Part shown: positions 1 to 10,319 of the stretch, in pieces
How the letters are laid out: each line of letters begins with the position of its first letter
How positions within the stretch are numbered: position 1 is the first letter of the stretch
Assembly (NCBI GenBank): GCA_963706075.1
Contig: CAVPLP010000001.1
Span: 4,541-68,540 of the forward strand
DNA length: 64,000 bases
Reading direction: 5' to 3'
Source of the DNA: an uncultured Actinomycetes bacterium
GTDB lineage: Bacteria > Actinomycetota > Thermoleophilia > Gaiellales > JAICJC01
Made by a program: the position numbers and the translations under genes
The notes under the pieces: generated by a model
Databases searched by the model: none
What the model saw: only the letters and a program-made list of their open reading frames with translations
Told to the model about the DNA's origin: nothing

Positions 1-17
1 CTGGACGTCGGTCCAGG

Positions 18-1513
18 TCAGACATCGCCCGCCGCGGTCAGATCCAGCGTCGAGCCGGCACCGACGGTCTGGCGGCGAGGCTCCGCGAGCGGCTCCCAGC
101 GCGGGTAGCTCGCCCCGGCGACGAGCAGGCAGAGCTCGGCGCCCGGCGGGCAGCTCGACGCAGATGTTCCCGAGGTCGACCTCGACCTCGGACGCGCCCG
201 TCGCGGCCCGCGCGATCCCCTCGCACAGGTTGAGAAGCGCGCCGTCGCCGTCGCGCATGCAGAGGGTGCAGACCCAGTCGGCCTGATCGCCGCCGGTCGA
301 TGCGGTCGCCAGGCGGGCGCGCACCGGGCCGGCCAGCCGGCGCGCCGGCGGCACGCCGAGCTCCACGAGCGAGACACCAGGATGGGCGGCCACCGGGCGC
401 TGGTCGAACTGGCCCCAGCCGGGGCCGCCCGCCGTGTTGACCTTGAGGATCCGCCCGCCGAGGCTGGGCGGCAGGTTCGCGGGGTCGTGATCGAACGCCG
501 TCCCGGGGATCGGCATCGAGACCGGCTCGGCGCCCGGCGGCGGCCACGACTCGAGCTCGAGCCACCTGCGGGCCCCGAGCATGTAGGCGCTGACCCGCGC
601 CATCGGCGGATCCTCGCCGGCGATCGCCGCCGAGTAGAACTCGAGCTCGCGGTCGAAGAGCCCGAAGGCGTCGCCCGAGCCGGCGACGCCGAGGTTCCGG
701 TCGCCCACGAGGTGGGTCAGCCAGTCGTCGTGGCCCCACGGCCCGATGATCAGGCGCGAGCGGGGGTTCCGGTCGGCGGCGAAGTTGCGCAGCGTCCCGT
801 CGAGGAACGTGTCGTGCCAGCCGCCGATCGAGAGCGCGGGGACGCGGACCGCGTCGCGGCGCGCGGCGATCGAGCACCGCTCCCAGTAGGGAGACCCGAT
901 CGCCTCGCGGAACCACGGCTCGCACCAGGGCGCGAACTCGATCAGCTCGTCGCGGGCCGCTGTAGGAGCGCTCGACGTCGTCGAGCCACAGGCGGTCCTG
1001 CGGGCCGAAGATCCCGGCGATCCACGAGTGGATGAACGCCAGCTCGAGGACGCCGGAGTGGAACGTCCAGCCCTCGTCGTAGGCGTCGGGCGTGAGCCCC
1101 GGGGCGATCGCCCGCAGGCTGGGCGGCGCCTCGACCGCGGCCAGCCACTGGGTCGCGCCCACGTACGAGTTCCCGGCCATGACGACGTCGCCCGAGCACC
1201 AGTCGAGGCCGGCGACGTGCTCGATCGAGTCGTAGCCGTCGGCGCCCTCCTGGAAGTACGGGTCGAACTCGCCCTCGGACTCGCCGCGCCCGCGCACGTC
1301 CTGCGACACGATCGCGAACCCGCGCGCGGCAGCGACGCGCGGCTCCGAGAAGACGTTGATCTCCTCGACCTCCTTGGTGTACGGCGTGCGCACCATGATC
1401 GCCGGGACCGGATCGCCACCGGCCGGGCGCCACACGTTCGCGTAGGTGAGCGTGCCGTCGCGAAGCGGGATCGGGACGTTGCGCTCGAGCAGCACCCGTT
1501 CGACGTCAACCAT
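18..1513 (-). pseudogene. CocE/NonD-family (peptidase S15-like) alpha/beta hydrolase, frame broken twice
   Basis: ATG at 1511-1513. ORF 38..1585 gives RDGTLTYANVWRP, MVRTPYTK and the nucleophile elbow GNSYVG. The protein continues in a second frame after nt 961 (AARDELIEFAPW, SIGGWHD, IIGPWGHDD) and in a third after nt 144 (tail of ORF 18..377, LLVAGASYPRWEP). Both breaks are one extra nt. Confidence 0.8.
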
Positions 1514-2216
1514 GGTTTCCTCCCTTTTCGCCGCCGTTCGCGCGGTCGATCTCGCCGAGCATCTCGCGAACCACGGCCGCCGCACCGTTGCCCGAGAAGA
1601 CGGCGCTCCCGGCGACGATCACGTCGGGCTCGAGGGCCGCGATCCGACCGATGTTCGCCCTGGTCACGCCGCCGTCGATGCCGACCGCGACCGGCCTCGA
1701 CCCGACGAGCGCCCGCACCCGCTCGACGCGGTGCGGCGTCGTCCCGATCTGCGACTGCCCCGGCCAGCCCGGGTTGACCGCCAGGAGCAGCACGAGCTCG
1801 ACGTCGTCGAGGAGCGGCTCGAGCGTCTCGATCGGGGTGCCCGGGTTGAGCGCGACGCCCCGGACGACCTCGCGCCCGGCGAGGCTCTGGAGCACGCGGT
1901 GCGGGTGGTGCGTCGCCTCGACGTGGAAGGTGACGACGCCGGCGCCGGCCGCGACGTACTCCTCGACGGCCGACAGCGGGTCGGCCACCATCAGATGGAC
2001 GTCAGGGACGGCCACCTTGGCGACGGCGGAGACGAGCGCGGCACCGGCGGTCAGGCCGGGGCAGAACACGCCGTCGATGACGTCGACGTGCGCGAGGCGG
2101 ACGCCCGCCGAGACGACCTGGTCGAGCTCGTCGCCGAGGTGCAGCAGGTCGGCGCTCATGACGCCGACGCTCAGGCTCGGCCCGCCGCCGAGCAGCGTGG
2201 ACTGAAGCGCGCTCAA
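1506..2216 (-). CDS. rpe: Ribulose-phosphate 3-epimerase domain, in frame with the upstream LsrF-like part with no intervening stop
   Basis: Last 237 codons of ORF 1506..2858 carry [42 protein letters not shown] and GIDGG. The only candidate internal start is an in-frame TTG at 2214-2216. The TGA at 1506-1508 overlaps the CocE ATG by 8 nt. Confidence 0.75.
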   Translation of the reverse strand: MSALQSTLLGGGPSLSVGVMSADLLHLGDELDQVVSAGVRLAHVDVIDGVFCPGLTAGAALVSAVAKVAVPDVHLMVADPLSAVEEYVAAGAGVVTFHVEATHHPHRVLQSLAGREVVRGVALNPGTPIETLEPLLDDVELVLLLAVNPGWPGQSQIGTTPHRVERVRALVGSRPVAVGIDGGVTRANIGRIAALEPDVIVAGSAVFSGNGAAAVVREMLGEIDRANGGEKGGNHG

Positions 2217-3112
2217 CTGGTCTGGGCGAGCGCCCGTCCCTCCCGCGAGCTCGCGATAGAGCTCGTGCGCCTCGTCCGGGCTCGAGCCGCCGTGCACGAC
2301 CGCCGCGACGGCCTGGATCATCGCCGCCGGGGCGTCGCTCTGGAAGATGTTGCGGCCCATGTCGACGCCGGCGGCGCCCTCCGAGACGGCCCGGTACGCC
2401 ATCGTCAGCGCGTCGAGCTCGGGGAGCTTCTTGCCGCCGGCCATCACGATCGGGACCGGGCAGCCGGCCGTCACGCGCTCGAACCCCTCGTCGACGTAGT
2501 ACGTCTTGACGATCTGGGCGCCGAGCTCGGCGCAGATGCGGGTCGCGAGGCCGAGGTAGCGGGCGTCGCGCGTCAGCTCCTTGCCGACGGCGGTCACGCC
2601 GAGCACCGGCATCCCGTAGCGGTAGCCGGCGTCGACGAGCCGCGTCATGTTCTCGACGGACTGGGTCTCGTGCTCGCCGCCGACGAACACCTGCACCGCG
2701 AGCGCGTGCACGTTCATGCGAACGGCGTCGTCGAGGTCGATGGCGATCCGCTCGTTCGAGAGGTCCTTCAGGATCGACGGGCCGCCGCTCGCGCGCATCA
2801 CGACGCCGCCCTGGTGGGCGGACGGGATCGACGTGCGGAGCATCCCGCGCGTCAGCATGAGCGCGTCGGCGATACGGCGCGAGCGGCGCGATCGAGACGT
2901 CGACCCGCTCGAGGCCGGTCGTCGGCCCCTGGAAGTAGCCGTGGTCGAAGGCGAGCATCACGGTGCGGCCGGTCTCGGGCCGGAAGATGCGCGCGAGCCG
3001 GTTCTGCATCCCCCAGTCGTAGCGCGCCGGAGCCCTTCAGGAAGAATCCGGCCGTCGACGCCGGGACGTCGAGGTGGAAGTCCTTCTCGCCTTGGGTGTC
3101 TGCTTCGGGCAT
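2217..3112 (-). pseudogene. lsrF: LsrF-like class I aldolase/thiolase (DhnA/FbaB fold), frame broken twice
   Basis: ATG at 3110-3112 follows GAAGGA. Reading: [25 protein letters not shown], extra nt 3019, [43 protein letters not shown], extra nt 2871, [34 protein letters not shown]. This is collinear with my recollection of E. coli LsrF over its whole length. Confidence 0.8.
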
Positions 3113-3137
3113 CGCTTCGCGTCCTTCCGTTCGATCT

Positions 3138-4702
3138 TCAGGTTCCGGCCGCGCGCCAGAGCGGGCGCACGACCCCGTCGGCAGCCAGCTCGAGCAGGCG
3201 TCCGTAGGCCTCGAGCCATGCCGGGTACAGCTCCTCGTAGGCCGCGACCGCGACCGGGTCCGGCTCGACGGTGCGCTCGAACCGCACCAGCCGGTCGACG
3301 TCGTCGAGCGACGACGTAGATGCCCGCCCCGAGCCCGGCGCAGATCGCCGCGCCGAGGGCCGTCGACTCCTTGACGACCGGCACGTGCACGGGGACGCCG
3401 TGCACGTCGGCGAGGATCTGCGCCCACATGGCGCCGTGCGAGGCGCCGCCCGTGAACACGATCTCGTCGGGCACGGCGCCGGCGATCTCCTCGAGGATGC
3501 CGCGGTGGCCGCGCGAGACGTACGCCGCGCGCCTCCTGGATCGCCCGGAAGCACTCGTTCTTGCCCGAGTGCTCCGGGGCGGAGATGTCGAACTGCACGA
3601 AGGCCGGCGACGCGTGGATCCAGCGGCTCGCGTGCATCACGTTCGAGAAGATCCCGAGCACGCCGTTCGAGCCGGGCGGGACGGCCGCCGGCCCGCTCGG
3701 CCAGGAGGTCGTACACGTCCACCGACCGCTCGGCCGCCCGTTCGACGTCGTCGGCGCAGAACGCGTCGCGGAACCAGCGCATCGTGAGGCCGGAGTAGAA
3801 GCCGATCCCCTCGATCATCCACGTGCCGGGAACGGCGTGGCAGAGCGTCCGCAGGCGCGCGCCTCGGGTCGATCAGCGGGTGGTCGAGCACCATCGTGTG
3901 CTGCCAGAACGAGCCGCCGACGACGGTCGTCGAGCGGTCGGCGCGGATCACCGATGCCGAGCAGGCCGAGCTGCGTGTCGGCACCGCCGGCGACGACCGG
4001 CGTGCCCGCGGGGATGCCCGTCTCGGCGGCCGCGGCGGCCGTCACCTCGCCGATCACGGTGCCCGACTCGAGCACCGGCGGCACCTGCGACGCCTCGAGC
4101 CCGACGATCTCGAGGATCGTCTCCGACCACGTGCGGTCCGGCCAGGTCGAACATGCCCGAGCTCGAGCCGAGCGAGACGTCGGTGGCGAACTCGCCGGAG
4201 AGGCGGGTCGCGAGCCAGTCGCCGAGCATCCCGATGTGGCGGATCGACGGCGAACACCTCGGGGCGGTTCCGGGCGATCCAGCGCAGCCGCGCCGGAGCG
4301 GTGATCGCCACCCAGTCGCCGGCGCGCGCGTAGATCTCCTCGGCGGCACCGGACTCGACGAGCTCGGCGGCCTCGACCCCGGCGCGGGAGTCGACGTTCG
4401 GGCAGGCCCAGATCTCGCGGCCGCCGCTGTCGTAGAGCACCATGCCCTCGCGCATGCTCGTGGTGGCGACCGCGCGGATGGCCGACGCGTCGACCGCGGC
4501 CCGCTCGATCGCCTCGGCGATGCACGCGCAGGCCAGCTCCCAGTTCGCGCGCCGTGTCGAACACCTGCGAGCCCGGCACGCCCGGCTCGGCGGCGTGGAC
4601 GTACTCGCGCTGGCCGATCGCCACCTGGCGGCCGTCGGCGTCGAACAGCACGGCCCGCACGGAGCCGGTGCCCGCGTCGATCGCGAGAAGGAGCTCGTTC
4701 AT
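3138..4702 (-). pseudogene. lsrK: LsrK-like FGGY carbohydrate kinase, eight +1 frame breaks
   Basis: The ATG at 4700-4702 overlaps the stop of the upstream dehydrogenase (ATGA). The restored sequence is [146 protein letters not shown]. It uses all three frames cyclically, with breaks near 4549, 4249, 4138, 3951, 3860, 3690, 3531 and 3315. Confidence 0.85.
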
Positions 4703-5739
4703 GACGGGAGCGCGGCCCGGTCGACGACGTTCTCGAGCGGCTCTCCTGCCGAGAAGCGCTCGATCTCGGCGGCGATCATCTCGACGCCGCGAAGCAGCGT
4801 CTCGTGGGTCGCACCGCCGATGTGCGGCGTGAGCACCACGTTGGGGTGGCGCAGCAGCGGGTGCGGACCGGGCGCCGCCTGGGGCTCGACGACGTCGAGC
4901 GCCGCTCCGGCCAGGTGGCCGGACGCGAGCGCGTCGGCCAGCGCGTGCTCGTCGACCAGCGTCTCGCGGGCGGTGTTCAGGAAGTAGCTCCCGGGCTTCA
5001 TCGCCGAGAAGGCGGCGGCGTCGAACAGCCTCGAGTTCTCGGCCGTCGCCCGCGCGTGCACCGAGACGAAGTCCGACCGGCCGAGGAGCTCGGGAAGGGA
5101 GTCGACCCATTCCACACCGTCGGCGTCGGCGGCGTCGAGGTACGGGTCGTGGACGAGGATCCGCATCCCGAACGCGCGCGCCCGGGTCGCGACCCGGCGG
5201 CCGACGTTGCCGAACCCGACCAGCCCGAGCGTGTGGCCGACCAGGTCGTGGCCGAAGAACTGCGCGCCCTCGAACGTCGACCCGCCTGCCCGGTTCCCGC
5301 CGGCGAGGAACTGCTGCGCCTCCGGGAACCGGCGGGCCAGCATGACCATGAAGGCGAGCGCCTGGTCAGCGACCGACTCGGCGTTCTTCCCCGGGGTGGT
5401 GACGACCGGGATGCCGCGCTCGGTCGCCGCCGCCGTGTCGACGTTGACCGGCCCGCCCCGCGCGCAGCACACGAGGCGCAGCTCGGCCGCGGAGAGGACG
5501 CGGTCGGTGACCGGCGCGCCGTGCACGACGAGCACCTCGTGGCCGTTCAGCGCCCGCGCGACCTGCTCCGGGTCGCCCGCGTACTCGTGGATCCTGAGCT
5601 CGGACTCGCTCGCCGGCTCGAAGGCCCCCGACTGGTCGATCTGGAGATACGCGATGTCGTGGGAGCCGCTCAGGCGCGCCAGCCCCTCCGAGAACACCTC
5701 GGTCGGGACGTAGCTGTCGCCGACGACGAGGATCCTCAC
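4699..5739 (-). CDS. D-isomer-specific 2-hydroxyacid dehydrogenase (PGDH-like)
   Basis: The GTG at 5737-5739 overlaps the cyclase stop (GTGA). The frame is intact. Motifs: Rossmann [13 protein letters not shown], plus [20 protein letters not shown] and TPHIGGAT. Confidence 0.85.
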   Translation of the reverse strand: MRILVVGDSYVPTEVFSEGLARLSGSHDIAYLQIDQSGAFEPASESELRIHEYAGDPEQVARALNGHEVLVVHGAPVTDRVLSAAELRLVCCARGGPVNVDTAAATERGIPVVTTPGKNAESVADQALAFMVMLARRFPEAQQFLAGGNRAGGSTFEGAQFFGHDLVGHTLGLVGFGNVGRRVATRARAFGMRILVHDPYLDAADADGVEWVDSLPELLGRSDFVSVHARATAENSRLFDAAAFSAMKPGSYFLNTARETLVDEHALADALASGHLAGAALDVVEPQAAPGPHPLLRHPNVVLTPHIGGATHETLLRGVEMIAAEIERFSAGEPLENVVDRAALPS

Positions 5740-6495
5740 CCGCCGCCCACCCCCTCGCGCGGGACGAGGGCGACGGCCCTCCCCGGCGCTCCGCTCCCGC
5801 CGACCAGCTTCAGCGGCAGGAACACGAGCCATGCGCCGGTGGCCGGGACCTGATGCAGGCCGATCAGGTTCTCGACGTACACGATCCCCGCGCCGAGGCC
5901 GATCCGGTGCACGTCGACCACCTCCTGCATCGGGCCGGCGCTCGGGGTGTCGGTCCCGAAGAGCCCCACCCCGCGCTCGACGAGGAGGCTGATCGCCTCC
6001 ACGTCGAGCCCGGCCCAGGCGGTGGTCTCTCCGTCGACCACCGCCTGAGCGTAGAGGTGTCCGGCCTCGCCGGTGCGGTAGTGCGCATCGGTCCAGCCGG
6101 TGTGGAGGAGCACGGCGTCGCCGCGCTCGATTGGACGGTGCTCGCGCTCCCACCGGAGCACCCGGTCGCGCCCGAAGATCGGGCTCTGCCCGGGCTCCGC
6201 TGCCCCCGCGAGGTCGGTCGCGTCGAGCACGCACGCGGGCGCGATCAGGCGCTCGAGCGGCACCGACTCCGTCGTCGGCAGGCCGAGCCGCACCGGGTCG
6301 CGCACGAAGTGCGAAGGCGCGTCCCAGTGCGTTCCGGCATGCTCGTCGAACGAGATGACCTGGTTGAAGCAGTACGGCGGTTCGTCGAGGGTCCAGAGGC
6401 CCTCCACGGTCATCAGCCGGGTTGCCCGGCCACACCGGGTACTCCGGCGCCACCGGCACGCTCAGGTCGACGGGTACGAGGTTCTCGAGCGTCAT
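5736..6495 (-). pseudogene. Putative cyclase / kynurenine-formamidase-fold hydrolase, one +1 break
   Basis: ATG at 6493-6495 (MTLENLVPVDLSVPVAPEYPVWPGNP). After extra nt 6417 the protein continues in ORF 5736..6413 (HAGTHWDAPSHF, GTDTPS). Confidence 0.75.
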
Positions 6496-6506
6496 CCCGA
6501 CCACGA

Positions 6507-8011
6507 TTACACCAGTCCGCCGTGGTGGGCGAGCTCTTCGGGGTCTCCGGCCGCTCGTGGACTGCCTGTGTGGCCTTGAGCAGCCAGTCCTCGCGGCCCC
6601 GCATCCGCATGCGCGACCAGCACCAGCGCGCCGGCCGCCAGCCAGACGAGGAAGATCGGCAGGGCGTACGACAGCCGCCCCGTCGGCGTGGGGTTCGTGA
6701 AGGTCTGGATGCAGATGTAGACGAGGATCACCGCCGGAGACGACCGGGAACACGAGGTGCAGGAGTCGGATTCAGCTCGGACCGGCGCTCGGTCAGGTAG
6801 TAGCGCATGACGCCGATGTTCCCGAAGATGTAGATCCACGACGCGCACAGCGTGAAGAGGAGGCCCGAGATGAAGAACAGCGTGGCCCCGCCCCACTTCC
6901 ATCCCAGCACGAGGCCGAAGCCGAACGTGATCACAGCCTGGAGCATGATCGCGTTGACGGGCGTGCGGTGCTTCGGGTGCAGCTTCTGAAGCGCCGACGG
7001 CAGCGAGCCGGAGCGGGCCATCGCGAACCACATCCGCGTCGAGGCGTTCATCGTGGCGATCGAGACCGCGATCGCCGAGTTGATGAGGGCGAACATCGCG
7101 AGCCACCACAGCGGGCCCCAGTACTGCTTGGCCAGCGTGAACGGGATCAGCTCGGTCGAGCCGACGAGATTGTTGACGTCGTCGGTGCCCCAGCCGAGGA
7201 TGAGCCCCCACGAGCAGATGGCGAAGAAGGCGCCCATGATCACGACCGAGTAGATGAGGGCGCGCGGCACCGTCCGCTTCGGATCCTCCGCCTCCTCGGC
7301 GATCGGCGCGGCGGCCTCCCAGCCGGTGAGCGCGAACACCGAGAAGACGACGGCGAAGAAGAGGTTGTGCGTCGTCGTGTTGCCCGGGTTGTAGGAGCTG
7401 AAGTTGAAGCCGCCCGGGCCGGTGTCGAAGAAGCCCCAGATGCCGAGCGCGCCGACGATCACCATCTCGGCGAGGCCGAACACGAGCAGCGCCTGGGCCG
7501 AGATCTGGATGCCGCGGTACATGAGCAGGATGACGAGCCCCTCGAGGGCGATGAAGATCAGCCACCAGGGGATGTCCCAGCCGAGGTTGGACGCCTTGAG
7601 CTCGTCACGGAGCAGGAACGACAGGAACACCGGCGACGTGAACGGCGCCACCGGCATGTAGAGGAACATGATCCACCCGGAGATCCAGCCCAGCCGGGGG
7701 TGCAGGGTGTGGCTGATGTAGGTGTAGTAGCCGCCGGCGTTCGGCAGGTGCTTGGCGAGCTGGGACACCGAGGCGGCCAGCATGAGGACGATGAGGAAGG
7801 CGAGCAGATAGCCCAGCGGCGCCACGATGCCCGCATAGCTCGCGATGAACTGGATCGTGAAGAACATCCCGATGGCGGGCGCCACGGTCGTGATGCTCTG
7901 CATGAGCACGCCTGGCAGGCGCAGCGCTGCGGGCTGAAGGCCGGTGTCGGCCGCAAGCGGCGTGCCTCTGGCCGAGCCCATCGGGGGTCCGGCCGCGGGG
8001 GTGTCGGACAT
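6507..8011 (-). pseudogene. APC-superfamily amino acid/polyamine permease, two +1 breaks near the C-terminus
   Basis: ATG at 8009-8011 follows GGGAGGA. There are about 12 hydrophobic segments (ORF 6728..8275 from MSDTP). Extra nt at 6766 and 6732 give NP/LLHLVFPVVSG/VILVYICIQTF.., which ends at the TAA at 6507. Confidence 0.8.
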
Positions 8012-8105
8012 GTGCGGGTCCTCCCTCTCTGGTCTGAGCCTTCTCTGCACGGGTTGCCCGGCTTCGATAGGCTCGTCCGTATGGCCGAAGAACATACCGT
8101 CATGT

Positions 8106-8115
8106 TGTACGTACA
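8106..8115. promoter_or_regulatory. 10-bp perfect palindrome TGTACGTACA in a divergent intergenic region
   Basis: It lies in an unusually A/T-rich stretch between the permease start (8011) and the SBP-like start (8148). Candidate operator only. Confidence 0.2.
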
Positions 8116-8147
8116 TGCAAGGCCCCGGACCGAGGAGGCCCCGACCG

Positions 8148-9332
8148 ATGGCCGATGACGCCCAGGCAACCCTCCGCATCGTCATGGAGGAGATCCCCGA
8201 CAGCCACCTCGTGGCCGCCCTGGCGCGCGACTTCGAGCGCGAGCACGCCGGCTTCGACGTCCAGGTCGACATCATGCACTACGACTTCATGCTCGACCTG
8301 ATCCTGGGGTCGATCGGCGAGTCCGGCCCGCCGAACGGCATCGTGATCTTCGACAACCCCTGGACGTCCGACTTCTCGCGCGGAGGCCTTCTGCGGCCGA
8401 TCGACGACCTGCTGGCCGACACGCCCGAGCTCGACTGGGACGACTTCGCGCCCGCCCTTCGCGACGCCGCCGTCCTCGACGGCCGCACCTGGGGCGTCCC
8501 GTTCTACACGTGGTCGTTCGGCCTCATCTACCGCACCGACCTCTACCGGCGGGCGGGCCTGCGCCCGCCGCGGACGCTGGCCGAGCTGGCCGGGAACGCC
8601 GCGGCGCTCACCACGGCCGACCGGGCGGGAATCGCCATGCAGCCCAAGCCCGACTACAACGCCGCCGAGGAGTACGCCAACTACCTCTTCGCGGCGGGCG
8701 GGTCGGTCCAGGACGCGGACGAGCGGGTCGTCCTCGACTCGCCCGAGGCACGCACGGCGCTCGAGGCGTACGCCGACGTCTACCGGTCATCGGCGCCGGC
8801 CGGTACCGAGAGCTGGACGTTCGAGGACTCGATCGCGGCGCTGGCCGAGGGCCGCGCGGCCCAGATGATCAACTGCCACTGGTGGGTTCCCGTGCTGAAC
8901 GACCCGAACGGGCCGGCGGGTGAGCTGGCCGGGAAGTTCGGCCTCGCCCCCGTGCCCGGCGGAGCCGGCATCCTGGGCGTCTGGTACTGGGCGATCCCCG
9001 CGGCGGCCTCACAGGTCGACCAGGCGTGGACGTTCATCCGCTGGATCGCCTCGAAGGCCGCCAACACCGAGCGCGTCAGCCGCGGCGGATCGCCGGTGCG
9101 GATGAGCACGATGACCGACCCCCGGGTCTGGGAGCGCGGCTACGGCCGCGAGTACTACGAGGCGGTCAACGCCATCCACCAGGGGGCCCGGCCGCTCGTG
9201 AGCGGGCCGAATGCCGAGGAGGCGATCCGCTCGCTCGGCGAGGCCGTCCACGGGACGATCACCGGCCAGATCGGCGTCGACGACGCGGTAAGCGGGGCGG
9301 CGAGACGGGTCGCCGAGCTGCTGGGCCGGTAG
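8148..9332 (+). CDS. Family-1 (sugar-type) ABC substrate-binding-protein fold, no signal peptide
   Basis: ATG at 8148 lies 8 nt after GAGGAGG. The 394-aa product starts directly in the mature-like domain (MADDAQATLRIVMEE..). Typical SBP segments are present (FDNPWTSDF, GVPFYTWSFGLIYR, GVWYWAIP). No hydrophobic leader is found in any frame upstream. Confidence 0.7.
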   Translation: MADDAQATLRIVMEEIPDSHLVAALARDFEREHAGFDVQVDIMHYDFMLDLILGSIGESGPPNGIVIFDNPWTSDFSRGGLLRPIDDLLADTPELDWDDFAPALRDAAVLDGRTWGVPFYTWSFGLIYRTDLYRRAGLRPPRTLAELAGNAAALTTADRAGIAMQPKPDYNAAEEYANYLFAAGGSVQDADERVVLDSPEARTALEAYADVYRSSAPAGTESWTFEDSIAALAEGRAAQMINCHWWVPVLNDPNGPAGELAGKFGLAPVPGGAGILGVWYWAIPAAASQVDQAWTFIRWIASKAANTERVSRGGSPVRMSTMTDPRVWERGYGREYYEAVNAIHQGARPLVSGPNAEEAIRSLGEAVHGTITGQIGVDDAVSGAARRVAELLGR

Positions 9333-9490
9333 GTCCACGGGGCGGTAGGCGCCTCGCCGCCCAACATGCCGAGGAGCTCGACGGCGGTGCGCATCGGCAA
9401 CGAGCGACCCTACTCGGGGTGGGGCAACTGCCAGCCCCCGCCCCGGTACATTGCGCGCGCAACTCAGCCACTCGACCAAGGAGCGAACCC

Positions 9491-10319
9491 ATGGTGGATT
9501 CCGACGCGCAGGCCCCCGACACCGTCGTCCTCATCCACGGCCTGTGGCTCACCGCCGCGAGCTGGGAGCGCTGGATCGAGCGGTACGAGGGACGCGGTTT
9601 CACCGTCGTCGCCGAGAGCTGGCCCGGCATGGACGGCGACCTCGACCGCGCTGCGCGACGATCCGTCCGGCCTGAACGACCTCGGGATCGCCGAGATCGT
9701 CGACCACTACGCCGGCATCGTCTCGGCGCTCGACCGCCCGCCGATCATCATGGGCCACTCCTTCGGAGGCGCGTTCACCCAGATCCTGCTCGACCGCGGG
9801 CTCGGCGCCGCCGGCGTGGCGATCGACGCCGCGGCCGTCAAGGGCATCAACCGCCTTCCGCTGTCGGCGCTCCGCTCGGCGTGGCCGACCCTCAAGAACC
9901 CCGCCAACCGGCACCGCACGACGATGCTCTCGCCAGAGGAGTTCCACTACGCGTTCACCAACACGCTCACCGAGGAGGAGTCGGCCGCGGTCTACGAGCG
10001 CTACGCCGCGCCCGGCCCGGGCCGCGTGCTCTTCCAGGCGGCGCTCGCGAACTTCAACCCGCACGCCCCGACGCACGTCGACTTCAAGAACGACGACCGC
10101 GCACCGCTGCTCCTGATCGGCGGCGGCGCCGACCACACGGTGCCCGCCGTTGTCGACAAGTCGACCGCCAAGCACTACGGCAAGTCCGCCGCGATCACCG
10201 AGTACAGAGAGTTCCCCGATCGCTCGCACTACACGGTCGGCGAGGACGGCTGGGAGGAGATCGCCGACTACGCGCTCGAGTGGGCGGTGAGCCACGCCCG
10301 GATGGGCGCAGCGGTCTAG
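9491..10319 (+). pseudogene. Alpha/beta hydrolase, one +1 break
   Basis: ATG at 9491 follows AAGGAG. VVLIHGLW is present. After extra nt 9647 the protein continues in ORF 9366..10319 with the nucleophile elbow GHSFGG and LLIGGGADHTVP. Confidence 0.8.

Noticed and set aside
3138-4702. Programmed +1 ribosomal frameshifting to explain the broken genes.
   Set aside because: Eight breaks in one gene, and breaks across many unrelated genes, share no slippery or stimulatory sequence. That pattern is not compatible with programmed recoding.
6507-6620. Two further compensating frameshifts in the permease tail that would give ..MRMRGREDWLLKATQAVHERPETP..
   Set aside because: The frame of ORF 6507..7565 reaches the TAA at 6507 without any extra shift. 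That is the more parsimonious reading, even though the alternative peptide also looks plausible.
3138-8011. Interpreting the LsrK/LsrF genes as an AI-2 quorum-sensing uptake (lsr) system.
   Set aside because: No LsrACDB ABC importer, LsrG or LsrR is present. The partner genes (APC permease, cyclase, dehydrogenase, CocE) point to a different substrate.
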